A model generated the notes under the pieces. That model made no database searches. It was not told the DNA's origin and worked only from the letters and a program-made list of their open reading frames with translations. Position numbers and translations under genes: made by a program. A DNA stretch of 32,000 bases. It comes from Desulfobulbus propionicus DSM 2032. Its GTDB lineage: Bacteria > Desulfobacterota > Desulfobulbia > Desulfobulbales > Desulfobulbaceae. Positions 11,544-23,603 of this stretch are shown in pieces (the first letter of the stretch is position 1; the number at the start of each line of letters is the position of its first letter). Location of the stretch: NCBI RefSeq assembly GCF_000186885.1, contig NC_014972.1, forward strand, positions 2,310,001-2,342,000. The letters are read 5' to 3'.

Positions 11544-12812
11544 GTGAGCAACGATTTCCACGATGAGCACAGTATAACCTGTGTGTGTTCGTTCTGCGGT
11601 AAAAGCCAGGAAGAGGTCGGCAAGCTGATTGCCGGACCCAACGTCTATATCTGCGACGAGTGCATCGGACTGTGCAATGAAATCATGATGGAATCTTCCG
11701 AGGAGGAGCACTCGCCGGCCGAGTTCGGCAATCAGGTGCTCAAGCCCAAGGAGATCAAGGCCTATCTCGACCAATATGTGGTCGGCCAGGAGCATGCCAA
11801 ACGAATCCTCTCGGTCGCGGTGCACAACCACTACAAACGCATCAGCGCCCCACCTGCCGACGACGATGCGGTGGAACTGCAGAAGTCGAACATCATACTG
11901 ATCGGCCCCACCGGCAGCGGCAAAACCCTGGTCGCCCAGACCCTGGCCCGACTGCTCAAGGTTCCGTTCACCATTGCCGACGCCACCACCCTGACCGAAG
12001 CCGGTTATGTCGGCGAGGATGTCGAAAACATCCTGGTCAGTCTCTTGCAAGCGGCGGACTATGACATCGAAAAGGCGCAACGGGGCATCATCTACATCGA
12101 CGAGATCGACAAGATCGCCCGCAAGTCGGATTCCGCCTCGCTGACCCGCGATGTCTCCGGCGAAGGCGTGCAGCAGGCCCTGCTGAAAATCATCGAAGGC
12201 ACCATGGCCTCGGTACCGCCCAAGGGCGGACGCAAGCACCCGCAACAGGAGCTGGTCCGCATCGACACCACCAATATCCTGTTTATTGTTGGCGGTGCCT
12301 TTGTCGGCCTGGACGGGGTGATCAAACGGCGAACCGGCACCCAGGCCATGGGATTTGGCGCCAAGGTGGTCAGCCAGAAGGAGCGCTCCATCGGTGAAGT
12401 GCTGGCCTCGATCCAACCCGAGGATCTGCTCAAGTTCGGCCTCATTCCGGAGTTGGTCGGCCGCCTGCCGGTGATTGCCACCATGGAAGAGCTGGTCGAG
12501 GAAGATCTGATTCGCATTCTCAAGGAGCCGAAAAATGCTCTGAGCAAACAGTATCAGAAATTGTTCGAATACGAAGGAGTCACCTTGCGATTCACCGAGG
12601 GCGCCTTCAAGGCCATCGCCCAGAAGGCCCTGGCGCGCAAGTCCGGCGCCCGCGGTCTGCGCTCGGTGATGGAAGAGTGCATGCTGGATGTGATGTACGA
12701 GCTGCCGTCAGACGAGCACGCCACCGAATGTGTCATCAATGAACAGGTCATCACCAACGGTGAGTACCCGGTCATTCTTTACGACAATGCCGAGACAAAA
12801 AAAATTGCCTGA
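11544..12812 (+). CDS. clpX: ATP-dependent Clp protease ATP-binding subunit ClpX
   Basis: Zinc finger [10 protein letters not shown]...CDECI, Walker [10 protein letters not shown], sensor and arginine motifs; GTG start at 11544 with GGGGAGAAG RBS at the clpP 3' end. Confidence 0.97.
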   Translation: MSNDFHDEHSITCVCSFCGKSQEEVGKLIAGPNVYICDECIGLCNEIMMESSEEEHSPAEFGNQVLKPKEIKAYLDQYVVGQEHAKRILSVAVHNHYKRISAPPADDDAVELQKSNIILIGPTGSGKTLVAQTLARLLKVPFTIADATTLTEAGYVGEDVENILVSLLQAADYDIEKAQRGIIYIDEIDKIARKSDSASLTRDVSGEGVQQALLKIIEGTMASVPPKGGRKHPQQELVRIDTTNILFIVGGAFVGLDGVIKRRTGTQAMGFGAKVVSQKERSIGEVLASIQPEDLLKFGLIPELVGRLPVIATMEELVEEDLIRILKEPKNALSKQYQKLFEYEGVTLRFTEGAFKAIAQKALARKSGARGLRSVMEECMLDVMYELPSDEHATECVINEQVITNGEYPVILYDNAETKKIA

Positions 12813-12821
12813 CAGCCGCCC

Positions 12822-15239
<2,418 letters not shown>

Positions 15240-15324
15240 TGCCGGCTGGCCTGAACTCGGGTCGGACCGGCAACTGACTTTTGCCCACACCGAGCCTTTC
15301 TTTTTTCCGGCACGGGCGACAAGG

Positions 15325-15741
15325 CTATGGCGTCTCGGGGTGCGAGCGAACACCTCTCGCGGCGCGGAAAAGACTCCGCTCGATCCGCGACTGAATGAGC
15401 TCCAAAAGTCCTGGATTTTCCAAATAAGGACAGGGGGCGTCATAAGGGAATTCACGGCACTGCCTGGGGCGGGCCTCATGAATGGTGCAACGCTTGCACA
15501 TTCGATCATCGGCCAACAGGATGCAGGAGCCGTCTTCCCTTGTTTTGAAGGTATTTTTGTTCTCCAGATAGCGACGCCGCACCTCGCCGTCATTGATGCC
15601 AAAGTGACGGGCCAAGCGGTTGATATCCTCGGCGGTGAGATACAGGGTGGCACCGGGCAAACGATAGCAACAGTAACCGGGGCAGAAGGTACAGTAGGAT
15701 TTGTTGCGGGCTAAAACGTATTGTTTCGGCATGTCGTCCAT
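15325..15741 (-). CDS. YkgJ-like Cys-rich (zinc/iron-chelating type) protein
   Basis: Cys spacing C-T-F-C-P-G-Y-C-C ... CILLADDRMCKRCTIHEARPRQCREFPY; ATG at 15741 shares one nucleotide with the upstream gene's TGA (TGATG). Confidence 0.8.
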   Translation of the reverse strand: MDDMPKQYVLARNKSYCTFCPGYCCYRLPGATLYLTAEDINRLARHFGINDGEVRRRYLENKNTFKTREDGSCILLADDRMCKRCTIHEARPRQCREFPYDAPCPYLENPGLLELIQSRIERSLFRAARGVRSHPETP

Positions 15742-17171
15742 CAACGAAAACTCCTTGATTCAATGTGGTACCGCCGTAGCAGACGCTGGAAAGCCTGCCG
15801 TTCCATGCCGCAGTTTCGTGCGGCGGCGGTGACGTTGCCGCCGGCCGCTTGCAAGGCCCCGGCCAGGTAGACGGCGTTGAACCGGTGGAGGATGGCATTT
15901 TTTGCTTCCCGGTAGGGCAAGTGATCCAGCCCCTCCACAGCCAGCGGTCCGTGGCCGGACTCCGCATGGGGTTGCGGCGGTACAGGCGATTCCGACTCCT
16001 CCCAGAGATCCGCCACCTCAAGGACTGAGCCGCGGCAAAGCAGCACAGCCCGGTTGATTGTGTTCTGCAGTTCACGGACATTGCCCTGCCATCTGTGCTG
16101 CATCAAAGCCTGCAAGGCCTCGTCGCTGAATTCCAGACCATCCCGTCCGTGCTCGCGGCTGTACCGCTCAAGAAAATGCTGGGCCAGCAGCGGGATATCG
16201 CCAACCATGGCCGCCAGGCTCGGCATGGTCACGGTCATGACGTTGAGCCGGTAAAAAAAATCCTCCCGAAACTCTCCCCGCCTGATCTTGGCTTCCAAAT
16301 CCTGGTTGGTGGAAGCGATTACCCGGACATCCACCCTGAAGGTCTTGGTTTGTCCCAGGGGCTGGACTTCTTTTTCCTGCAACACCCGCAGCAGCTTGGT
16401 CTGCACGCTCACCGGAATATCGGCCACCTCGTCCAGCAGGATGGTTGTACCGTCGGCTTCGACGAACAAGCCGATCTTGTCGCGATCCGCTCCGGTAAAG
16501 GCCCCCTTGCGGTAGCCGAACAACTCGCTCTCCAGGATATGCTCGGGCAATGCCGGGCAATTCACCGTGATCATGGGACGGCCGGCCCGCGGCGAGAGGC
16601 CATGCAGGGCCCGGGCCGCCAATTCCTTGCCGGTGCCCGATTCACCGCGAATGAGCACGGTGACGTTACTCGCCGCAATCCGCCGCAACAGATCCACGGT
16701 TTGGACCAAGCGCCGCGAACGGCCAATGAAACCGTGCTGTTGCTCCTGGCTGCTCAGCCGGTGCTGGAGCTGCACGTTTTCTCGCAGCAGCTGGGTTCGT
16801 TCGAAAGCCCGGCCGACGGTGCGGATGATCCGTTCGTTATCGAAAGGTTTTTCGATGAAATCGTAGGCCCCGTCCTTCAACGCCTGAACCGCCATGCCTA
16901 TGGTGCCGTAGCCGGTCATCAGGATGGTGGTCACCGCAGGATCGATCATCCCTATCTGCTGGAGCAAGGCCAGCCCGTCCATGCCCGGCATCTTGATATC
17001 CGTGAGCACCACATCGGGCGAATCGCCCCGCATCCGCTCCAAGGCCTCCTCGGCTGAAGTGGCCGCGGTCACGTCATAGCCGCCCTTTTTCACCAGCACC
17101 TTGGTCAACAAAGTGAGCATGTCGCGTTCATCGTCAACGACCAGTACCTTGGCCTGTTTTCCGTGCTCCAT
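15741..17171 (-). CDS. Sigma-54-dependent response regulator (NtrC/ZraR type: receiver, AAA+, Fis-like HTH)
   Basis: Receiver VLVVDDERDML/VVLTDIKMPGMDG; AAA+ GESGTGKEL, GAFTGADRD, sigma-54-contact GAFTGA loop, GSFR-like regions; start MEHGKQ at 17171 with GAGAGG RBS (track start at 17183 is a TTG). Confidence 0.93.
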   Translation of the reverse strand: MEHGKQAKVLVVDDERDMLTLLTKVLVKKGGYDVTAATSAEEALERMRGDSPDVVLTDIKMPGMDGLALLQQIGMIDPAVTTILMTGYGTIGMAVQALKDGAYDFIEKPFDNERIIRTVGRAFERTQLLRENVQLQHRLSSQEQQHGFIGRSRRLVQTVDLLRRIAASNVTVLIRGESGTGKELAARALHGLSPRAGRPMITVNCPALPEHILESELFGYRKGAFTGADRDKIGLFVEADGTTILLDEVADIPVSVQTKLLRVLQEKEVQPLGQTKTFRVDVRVIASTNQDLEAKIRRGEFREDFFYRLNVMTVTMPSLAAMVGDIPLLAQHFLERYSREHGRDGLEFSDEALQALMQHRWQGNVRELQNTINRAVLLCRGSVLEVADLWEESESPVPPQPHAESGHGPLAVEGLDHLPYREAKNAILHRFNAVYLAGALQAAGGNVTAAARNCGMERQAFQRLLRRYHIESRSFR

Positions 17172-17179
17172 GATCCCTC

Positions 17180-18223
17180 TCAATCGTTGGCGCCGACCAT
17201 GGCCTGAAAATAGAGCTGGACAAACTTACCGGACATGGTGTCGGCCGAGGAAAAGCGAAGATCGTCCGCTGGTGGGATGCGGCCGGTCAGGGTTTCAAAG
17301 GCGTGCCGCGACAAACCGGAGATCGTTCCTTGCAACTCATCGCTGCGACGTTCCTTATCTGGGATGCACCAATAGCGGCAACGCGGCGGCCGATCAGCAA
17401 AGACCAGGCAGCCATCCTGGCCAAGCAGCGGACAACGAAGCGGCGCTTCGGGAAAGGCGTCGGCCAAGGCATCGGCGCTCAAACCGGGCTGGCGGTGGTG
17501 AAGTTCCTTGAGCAGCCGGGCCAGGCCGAGGGCCCGATCAATCACCTGCTGACGCTGTTCCTGGGTGAGACTCCTGTTGATTGCCTGGCTGAGGTGCATG
17601 CTTTCTATCAGCAGAAGTTCAAACGGCCGGCCGCAGCAGGCCGTGTCCCCCCGGCCGCAGCAGGCGTGGTCCGCGGGCGGGCTCCACAGTTCGTCAAAAT
17701 GGGCGATCAGTTGATCAAAGGCCCGAAGCAACGGCGAAACATCCAGGGACGGACGGTTGTCGATCCGAGGCAGCGCCGTCTGCAAGGAACCCACCTGCTT
17801 GCCGTATTGTTTCAGAAAGCGACGTTGGGCGAAAGTGGCCGGATTGGCGCTTTTCCCCTTCATGGTCTGTTCCGCCCGTTTGTAGTCAAAGCCCCGGCGC
17901 AGCAAATAGGCGGCGATAAAGGTGCCGGTGCGACCATGCCCCATGCGGCAATGCACCAGCACCTTCTTGTCGAGATAGATGGCCTCGTCCATCCAGTCCA
18001 GCACCTGTTCCATGGCTTCGAGATCCGGGGCGCATTCGTCGACCACCGGCAGATAGCGGACCTCGAAGCCGCTGTTTTCCTCAATCTGATGCAGATCGCA
18101 GAACTCGCCGCAGAGATTGACAATGGCGCGAATTCCCTGGGCGCGAATGGCATCCAGATCCTCGTAGGACATGGGCGCGTGGCCAGTGGCCAAATGGGGG
18201 GTAATCCAGTTCAACTGGTACAT
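17180..18223 (-). CDS. Dual-specificity/tyrosine-type phosphatase fused to a C-terminal Cys-cluster domain
   Basis: PTP signature VLVHCRMGHGRTG in the N-terminal half; C-terminal half with CCGRGDTACCG, CPLLGQDGCLVFADRPPRCRYWC resembling YkgJ-type clusters. Confidence 0.8.
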   Translation of the reverse strand: MYQLNWITPHLATGHAPMSYEDLDAIRAQGIRAIVNLCGEFCDLHQIEENSGFEVRYLPVVDECAPDLEAMEQVLDWMDEAIYLDKKVLVHCRMGHGRTGTFIAAYLLRRGFDYKRAEQTMKGKSANPATFAQRRFLKQYGKQVGSLQTALPRIDNRPSLDVSPLLRAFDQLIAHFDELWSPPADHACCGRGDTACCGRPFELLLIESMHLSQAINRSLTQEQRQQVIDRALGLARLLKELHHRQPGLSADALADAFPEAPLRCPLLGQDGCLVFADRPPRCRYWCIPDKERRSDELQGTISGLSRHAFETLTGRIPPADDLRFSSADTMSGKFVQLYFQAMVGAND

Positions 18224-18227
18224 GATT

Positions 18228-20792
18228 CTAGGGGATAATGGAAGTTGTGGAGCCGTGGAAGCGGTCGGCCTTTTGAAAAAACAGCTGCACGCGCGAATCG
18301 ATTTCTTCCTCGCGCAGCACCATGTCGAGCAATTTGGTCATGCCGAGCAAACGGCCCACCGCAACCAACACGTCCAACAGCTCGCCAGCTGGACAACCCA
18401 TCAGGCGGGCATCGAGCAGGTCGGCGCGAACACTGACCTCAAACCCCAAACGTCCGAGAATCTGCCGCAGCAAGGCAATGCGGATCGAGCGTCCCTGATA
18501 ATCGCCGCCCCCGCCGGCAAAGCGCAACTGGCAGTGATTGGCCCGGCTGTCGCGGCCGCAGAGGCAGTCAATCAAGGTGAAGTGAAAGCCAAAGCGCATG
18601 TTCAGATTGAGATACTCCGGGCTGACCACCGCATAGGAGGCAAAATCCTTGGACCCGCCGCTGGCGATGCCGCCGGCCAGGGCCATGTCGCCGAATCCCT
18701 GCCAATCGAAATGGAGGTGACTCTGCCAGTCGATCTCAGGACTGCTGAGCCCCTGCCACAGGGCAAGAAACGGTGCGGCCTGCAAGCTCTCGGGGGCGAT
18801 GGCCGCCTGCTGTTCCTCGTTGGCAAAGGCACCGCCCACGTCAAGGAGGTAGATGTCGAGAGGCAGTTCGGTGGCCAGCTTGCGGCAGCGGGAGGCGGCG
18901 CCGCCGGCAGCAATATCGCCGAGGCCAAACATGATCTGCACCGCTTTTTCATGGGCATAACGGATGATGTCATGCAGCGAGCGGCAGGATTGGGGTCTGA
19001 ACTCTGGAGAGTGCGGGTCGAGTAGATGCAAGGGGGTGATATGGTCGAGCAGGCTGCGCAGCTTGGCAGCGTAGGGCGATCCTGCCACCTTTGCTTTCTT
19101 GCGGCTGCTGTCCAACAGTGCGTCAATCTTGCCCGGATACACCCTGCCCTGGTCGCCATCGACAGTAACCTCCTGGCCTTCAGGCAGGAGGACACGGGCC
19201 TGGGTTGCCTCCACCAGCAACACCACCCCGAATTCCCGACAGACAGTGGCAAAATGCCCCGTCACCGACCCCTGCTCACAGATCACCGCCGCAAGTCGGT
19301 CGATATACCGCACCAGGGATGGCGCAATGTGGCGGGTGACCAGAACGGTGGCGGAATCGAGAGCGGCTTGTTCCAAGCGGTCGAGATGCCGAATCACCCC
19401 GAGGGCAACACCGCCGGCCGCCCGCTTGGCATTGGCAAGCAGGGGATGACATTTCGCAGGCAGAGGGTTCGTCGTTATTTTGGCTGGCGGCTCCGTTCTG
19501 GACGATTCCCGGCACAACGGCCGCGATTGGAGGATGAACAGATGTCCCTCTGAATCCATGGCCCACTCGATATCCTGCGGGACGACGAAAAAACGCTCCA
19601 GTTCCCGGCCAACAGCTGCAAGGCGCGCGGCTTGCGCCTGGGTGAGCGAAAGAGTCGCGGCCTGATCAGCTGCCAGATCCTTCTCTTGGAGCTGTCCTTG
19701 GAACAGAACCAGCTGCTGCCGCTGGTTGCCGGCAACGATCCGGGTGGGGTGCTCACTTTCCGGACCAAAAACGAAAACATCCGGAACTACCGCTCCTCCC
19801 ACCAAGGGGAGGCCGAGGCCGCGGATGCTGTGCACCAGCAAAGATTGTCCCTCGGTCACCGAGGGGTCGCGGCTGTAGAGCACGCCGCTGGCCACGCTTT
19901 CCACCATCACCAACACCAGCACCGCCATGGCCGCGTCCTCGTCGCCAATACCGGCATGGATGCGGTACAGCAGGGCCTGGGGGGTATACTTGGAGGCCAA
20001 CACCTCGAGATAGGCCGCCAGCAGTCCATCCCGGTCAATGCCAAGCAGTGAATGGTATTGGCCGGCAAAGCTGTGGTCACCGTCCTCGTGCAGGGCGGAG
20101 GATCGAACCGCGACCCGGAGGATTTCATCCGGCCCCGTGACGGCCAGGCGGTCGTATTCAGCCAGGATTTCCTGGGCCACCAGCGGCGGAAGCTCCATCC
20201 GCCGGATCAGGGTCATCAGCGCCTGCGAGGCCTCGTCCAGGCTGAGGGGCACTTCGAGGTCAATTGCGGCCAAGAGCAAATCCAGGGCGGGCCGCAGTCG
20301 ATTATGCTCGATCAACAGGTCAAAGGTCGTGGCGGTGATGGTGAAGCCGTCGGGTACCTGGGCTTTGGCCTCGTGTTTGAGCAACAGTAGATGTTGGCTC
20401 TTGTTGCCTACCAGGGACGGCTCCGCTGGACTGTTGTGGTCGACAACAAAGGGAGGAATCAAGAATCGCTCCGGCGGAGCCAACACCAGACGGGCGTAAA
20501 AATCGTACTTGTTGAAATAGTCGCGCAGTGAACCGGCTATTCCGGGATGCATCTGCTCCAGGGCGGCAATCATGCCAGCTACCGCCTCGGCCAATTGCCG
20601 ATAGCGGCCGCGAGTCCGCGCCAGGTCTTCCTTTCGCCCCTCGTGGTAAAGCACCTCGAACTCGGCCATCAATTCATGGCACCTGCCGTCGAACCCAAGC
20701 AAGGCCTTGAACCCCTCGTAGGTTTGCTGGAGGATCCGGTCCGGAGCGAACAGCCGCAGTGACCAGTGTTTAAACAGCGCGCCGACCGCCAT
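18228..20792 (-). CDS. Divergent PEP-synthase/PPDK-like protein (pyruvate/ATP-binding domain plus atypical phosphohistidine-like domain)
   Basis: AVRSSALHEDGDHSFAGQYHSLLG, VLVMVESVASGVLYSRDP, DIEWAMDSEGHLFILQSRPL match the PPDK N-terminal domain; CEQGSVTGHFATVCREFGV resembles the mobile His domain. Start at 20792 after GAGGGGAGGGGGG. Confidence 0.8.
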   Translation of the reverse strand: MAVGALFKHWSLRLFAPDRILQQTYEGFKALLGFDGRCHELMAEFEVLYHEGRKEDLARTRGRYRQLAEAVAGMIAALEQMHPGIAGSLRDYFNKYDFYARLVLAPPERFLIPPFVVDHNSPAEPSLVGNKSQHLLLLKHEAKAQVPDGFTITATTFDLLIEHNRLRPALDLLLAAIDLEVPLSLDEASQALMTLIRRMELPPLVAQEILAEYDRLAVTGPDEILRVAVRSSALHEDGDHSFAGQYHSLLGIDRDGLLAAYLEVLASKYTPQALLYRIHAGIGDEDAAMAVLVLVMVESVASGVLYSRDPSVTEGQSLLVHSIRGLGLPLVGGAVVPDVFVFGPESEHPTRIVAGNQRQQLVLFQGQLQEKDLAADQAATLSLTQAQAARLAAVGRELERFFVVPQDIEWAMDSEGHLFILQSRPLCRESSRTEPPAKITTNPLPAKCHPLLANAKRAAGGVALGVIRHLDRLEQAALDSATVLVTRHIAPSLVRYIDRLAAVICEQGSVTGHFATVCREFGVVLLVEATQARVLLPEGQEVTVDGDQGRVYPGKIDALLDSSRKKAKVAGSPYAAKLRSLLDHITPLHLLDPHSPEFRPQSCRSLHDIIRYAHEKAVQIMFGLGDIAAGGAASRCRKLATELPLDIYLLDVGGAFANEEQQAAIAPESLQAAPFLALWQGLSSPEIDWQSHLHFDWQGFGDMALAGGIASGGSKDFASYAVVSPEYLNLNMRFGFHFTLIDCLCGRDSRANHCQLRFAGGGGDYQGRSIRIALLRQILGRLGFEVSVRADLLDARLMGCPAGELLDVLVAVGRLLGMTKLLDMVLREEEIDSRVQLFFQKADRFHGSTTSIIP

Positions 20793-21804
20793 CCCCCCTC
20801 CCCTCGCCGTTGCGGAAATGATCAAACCCTCCATAGGTGACGGCCCGCTCCTCGGTGCGACCGTCCGGGAGTTGGCGCAGCAGGAGAACCCCTTCGCCAT
20901 GGACGATGGTGCCGACCGAAGCCAGGGCAAGCCCGCATTGTTCGCCGATTACCCGCAGGGAGTTCTCGGATTCCGGCGCGGCGGTGAAAAGCAATTCATA
21001 ATCCTCACCGCCGCCAATCATCCATTGGAGGGTATCGGCATGGCACAACCTCGCAGCCTCGTCTAAGGGAGCTATACCGGGCAGGGCCGACGAAGTCAGC
21101 CGTGCCCCCACCCCGGACCGCTTGCACAGGTGGGCGAGATCGGTGGCCAACCCATCAGAGAGATCCATCATCGCGTGCGCCAGCCCGGTTTTACCCAGCC
21201 GTTCCCCGAGCTCTACCCGGGCCCTGGGGTTCAGATGCTTCTCGTATAACGGACCAAAATCCTCCCGATCGATCATTCCCCGGTGGAGCAATTCCAGGCC
21301 GGCGGCAGCCAACCCGAGCGGGCCGCTGACCCAGATGACATCACCCGGCCTGGCACCGCTGCGATAGACCACCTGATCCACCGCTGCCTCGCCAATAACG
21401 GTCAGGCAGAAATTAAGCCCCTGCGGGCTGGCCACGGTATCGCCGCCAATGAGCAGGCAGCCGTATTCCCGGCAGGCATCATTCAGCCCCTGGGCAAACG
21501 CTTTGAACCAAGATTCGTCGAAACCGGGCGGCATGCCAACCGACAGCAGAACAAAAAGCGGCTTTCCCCCCATGGCACCGATATCGCTGACATTGACGGA
21601 AACTGCCTTGCGGCCCAGTTTTTCCGGCGGGTGAAAGGCGCAGTCAAAGTGGACCGATTCGATCAGGGTGTCCATGGTCAGCAGCCAGACTTCGTGATCA
21701 TTCTTGGCAATCACCGCGCAGTCGTCACCGATCCCTTGAATCAATCGTCCATCCATGGGGCCGACAAGTGTAGTGATGTATTCGATGAGTTGGCGTTCGT
21801 TCAC
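20770..21804 (-). CDS. thiL: Thiamine-monophosphate kinase
   Basis: VNERQLIEYI..., GIGDDCAVI, TMDTLIESVHF, VNVSDIGAMGGKP, MDLSDGLATDLAHLC, GGEDYELLF. GTG start at 21804 in a GTGA overlap with ptsI. Confidence 0.92.
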   Translation of the reverse strand: MNERQLIEYITTLVGPMDGRLIQGIGDDCAVIAKNDHEVWLLTMDTLIESVHFDCAFHPPEKLGRKAVSVNVSDIGAMGGKPLFVLLSVGMPPGFDESWFKAFAQGLNDACREYGCLLIGGDTVASPQGLNFCLTVIGEAAVDQVVYRSGARPGDVIWVSGPLGLAAAGLELLHRGMIDREDFGPLYEKHLNPRARVELGERLGKTGLAHAMMDLSDGLATDLAHLCKRSGVGARLTSSALPGIAPLDEAARLCHADTLQWMIGGGEDYELLFTAAPESENSLRVIGEQCGLALASVGTIVHGEGVLLLRQLPDGRTEERAVTYGGFDHFRNGEGRGDGGRRAV

Positions 21805-23594
21805 GATTGATAAAAATCTCTTGGATAAAAACGTTGAAAGAAATCGGTCACACACGCACGCACCTCGCCACTGTCCGCGCAGTGGAGGACCTCTTGGGCC
21901 AATAAGTGCAGCTCTCCGCTGTGGGAATGCCGTAACAACCGTTTGATCCAGGGAATAACCGCAGGGCGCATCGACAGCTCATCCAGCTCAAACCCTATCA
22001 ACAGCGGGGCACAAAGAGGGTCACCGGCCATCTCGCCGCAGAGCGACACGGGAATGGCGCGGGCATGGCCGGCGTCGACCGTCTGTCGGATCATCCGCAG
22101 CACCGCGGGATGAAAGGGGTCGTACAAATGAGCCACATACTGATTGCCGCGGTCAATGGCCAGGGAATACTGGATCAGGTCGTTGGTGCCGATGGCAAAA
22201 AAATCCACTTCCATGGCAAGGACATCGCTCATGATCACGGCACTGGGAACTTCGATCAACACCCCGATTTCAAGGTCCTGGTCAAAAGGGATTCCTTCGG
22301 CCGCCAATGCATTCATCGAGTCGTGGATCATCTCCTTTGCCTGGCGCAGTTCCTGCAAGGTTGACACGAGAGGCAGCAAAACGCGCAACCGGCCATGGAC
22401 CGAGGCCCGGAGCAGCGCTCGCACTTGACAGCGAAAAATCTCCCGCTCGTACAGGGAAAAACGAATCGAACGCAGACCGAGAGCCGGATTGCGTTCCCGA
22501 TCGAGCCACGCCTTGTTGCCGGGAAAACGGGCAAGGATCTTATCGCCGCCTACATCGAGGGTGCGGATGGTCACCGGATGCGGGGCCATAGTTGCCAGGA
22601 GGCGGGAATACGTAGCCAGTTGCGCCTCTTCCGTCGGTGGCCGGATCCCTTGAAAAAAATCGAATTCGCTGCGAAACAGCCCTATTCCCTCCGATCCGTA
22701 GCGAAGCACGGCAGAGAGTTCCTCCAGCATCTCGATATTGGCGCTCAAGCGAACGGGACACCCATCCTTGGTTTCCGAGGTCAGATGCACATAGCGGTCC
22801 AGCCCCTCGGCCACGGCGCGATAGTGCTGATCGTTCTCCTGCAGTCGAATAATTTCATTAGGTTGGGGATGAACGACCACCTGGCCCGTTCCGCCGTCGA
22901 GGATAATCGGCTCGCCGGTGTGCAGGATGGAGGTCGCATGCTCCAGGCCGACCACCGCCGGTATATTGAGAGATCGAGCGACGATGGCGGTATGGGAGAT
23001 TGTCCCCCCTTTTTCCGTTATGAAACCAAGAACATTGGCCGACTGCAGTCGCAGGGCATCCTCTGGCGAGAGATCATTGGCAACCAGGATGGTGGGCTGG
23101 TCTGCTGTCTTGCCCTTGGGCGCATATTCCCGGCCGGTAAGCAGACCGAATACCCGATCGGCCACATGCTTGATATCGGCATATCGGTCGCGAATATAGG
23201 GATCGTCAATCAGGGCGAACCGCTCCTTGATTTCGTTCAGGGTCTGGGTCAACGCCCATTCCGCATTGACCTTGTTTTCCCGGATAATGGCCGCGGTGCG
23301 TTCGACAAACATCCGGTCTTGGAGCATCAGCAAATGGGAATCGATGATCGACAAGGCATCATCCATGTGGTCAGCCAACTGCTGCCGCAACTGGATGAGT
23401 TCCTCCCGGGCGGCAGAGATGGCCTGGAAAAAACGTTGGATCTCCGATGCAAGGTGCTCGGCCGGCAGGTGGCACCAACCAGCTCGCCACGTCTGCCGTT
23501 TGACGACAACGACCGTGGCGACCACAATACCGGGCGACACACCAATGCCCTGTAAGACGCGGGAAGTTGTCGACCTGCTTTTCGTATTCTCCAT
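21801..23594 (-). CDS. ptsI: PTS enzyme I, phosphoenolpyruvate-protein phosphotransferase
   Basis: GIGVSPGI, active-site GGTISHTAIVARSLNIPAVVG, RTLDVGGDK, GLRSIRFSL, FFAIGTNDLIQYSLAIDRGN, SLCGEMAGDP. Confidence 0.95.
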   Translation of the reverse strand: MENTKSRSTTSRVLQGIGVSPGIVVATVVVVKRQTWRAGWCHLPAEHLASEIQRFFQAISAAREELIQLRQQLADHMDDALSIIDSHLLMLQDRMFVERTAAIIRENKVNAEWALTQTLNEIKERFALIDDPYIRDRYADIKHVADRVFGLLTGREYAPKGKTADQPTILVANDLSPEDALRLQSANVLGFITEKGGTISHTAIVARSLNIPAVVGLEHATSILHTGEPIILDGGTGQVVVHPQPNEIIRLQENDQHYRAVAEGLDRYVHLTSETKDGCPVRLSANIEMLEELSAVLRYGSEGIGLFRSEFDFFQGIRPPTEEAQLATYSRLLATMAPHPVTIRTLDVGGDKILARFPGNKAWLDRERNPALGLRSIRFSLYEREIFRCQVRALLRASVHGRLRVLLPLVSTLQELRQAKEMIHDSMNALAAEGIPFDQDLEIGVLIEVPSAVIMSDVLAMEVDFFAIGTNDLIQYSLAIDRGNQYVAHLYDPFHPAVLRMIRQTVDAGHARAIPVSLCGEMAGDPLCAPLLIGFELDELSMRPAVIPWIKRLLRHSHSGELHLLAQEVLHCADSGEVRACVTDFFQRFYPRDFYQS

Positions 23595-23603
23595 GCCTGT
23601 TTA

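Noticed and set aside
17172-17183. TTG start of the sigma-54 regulator suggested by the ORF track
   Set aside because: ATG at 17171 has a well placed GAGAGG RBS and begins a normal receiver N-terminus (MEHGKQAKVLVVDD).
16095-19025. Plus-strand ORFs 16095-17057, 17303-18238 and 18171-19025
   Set aside because: All antisense to well-supported minus-strand genes of the operon; no domain motifs.
22395-23555. 386-aa plus-strand ORF opposite ptsI
   Set aside because: Antisense shadow of ptsI, which is clearly a real enzyme I.
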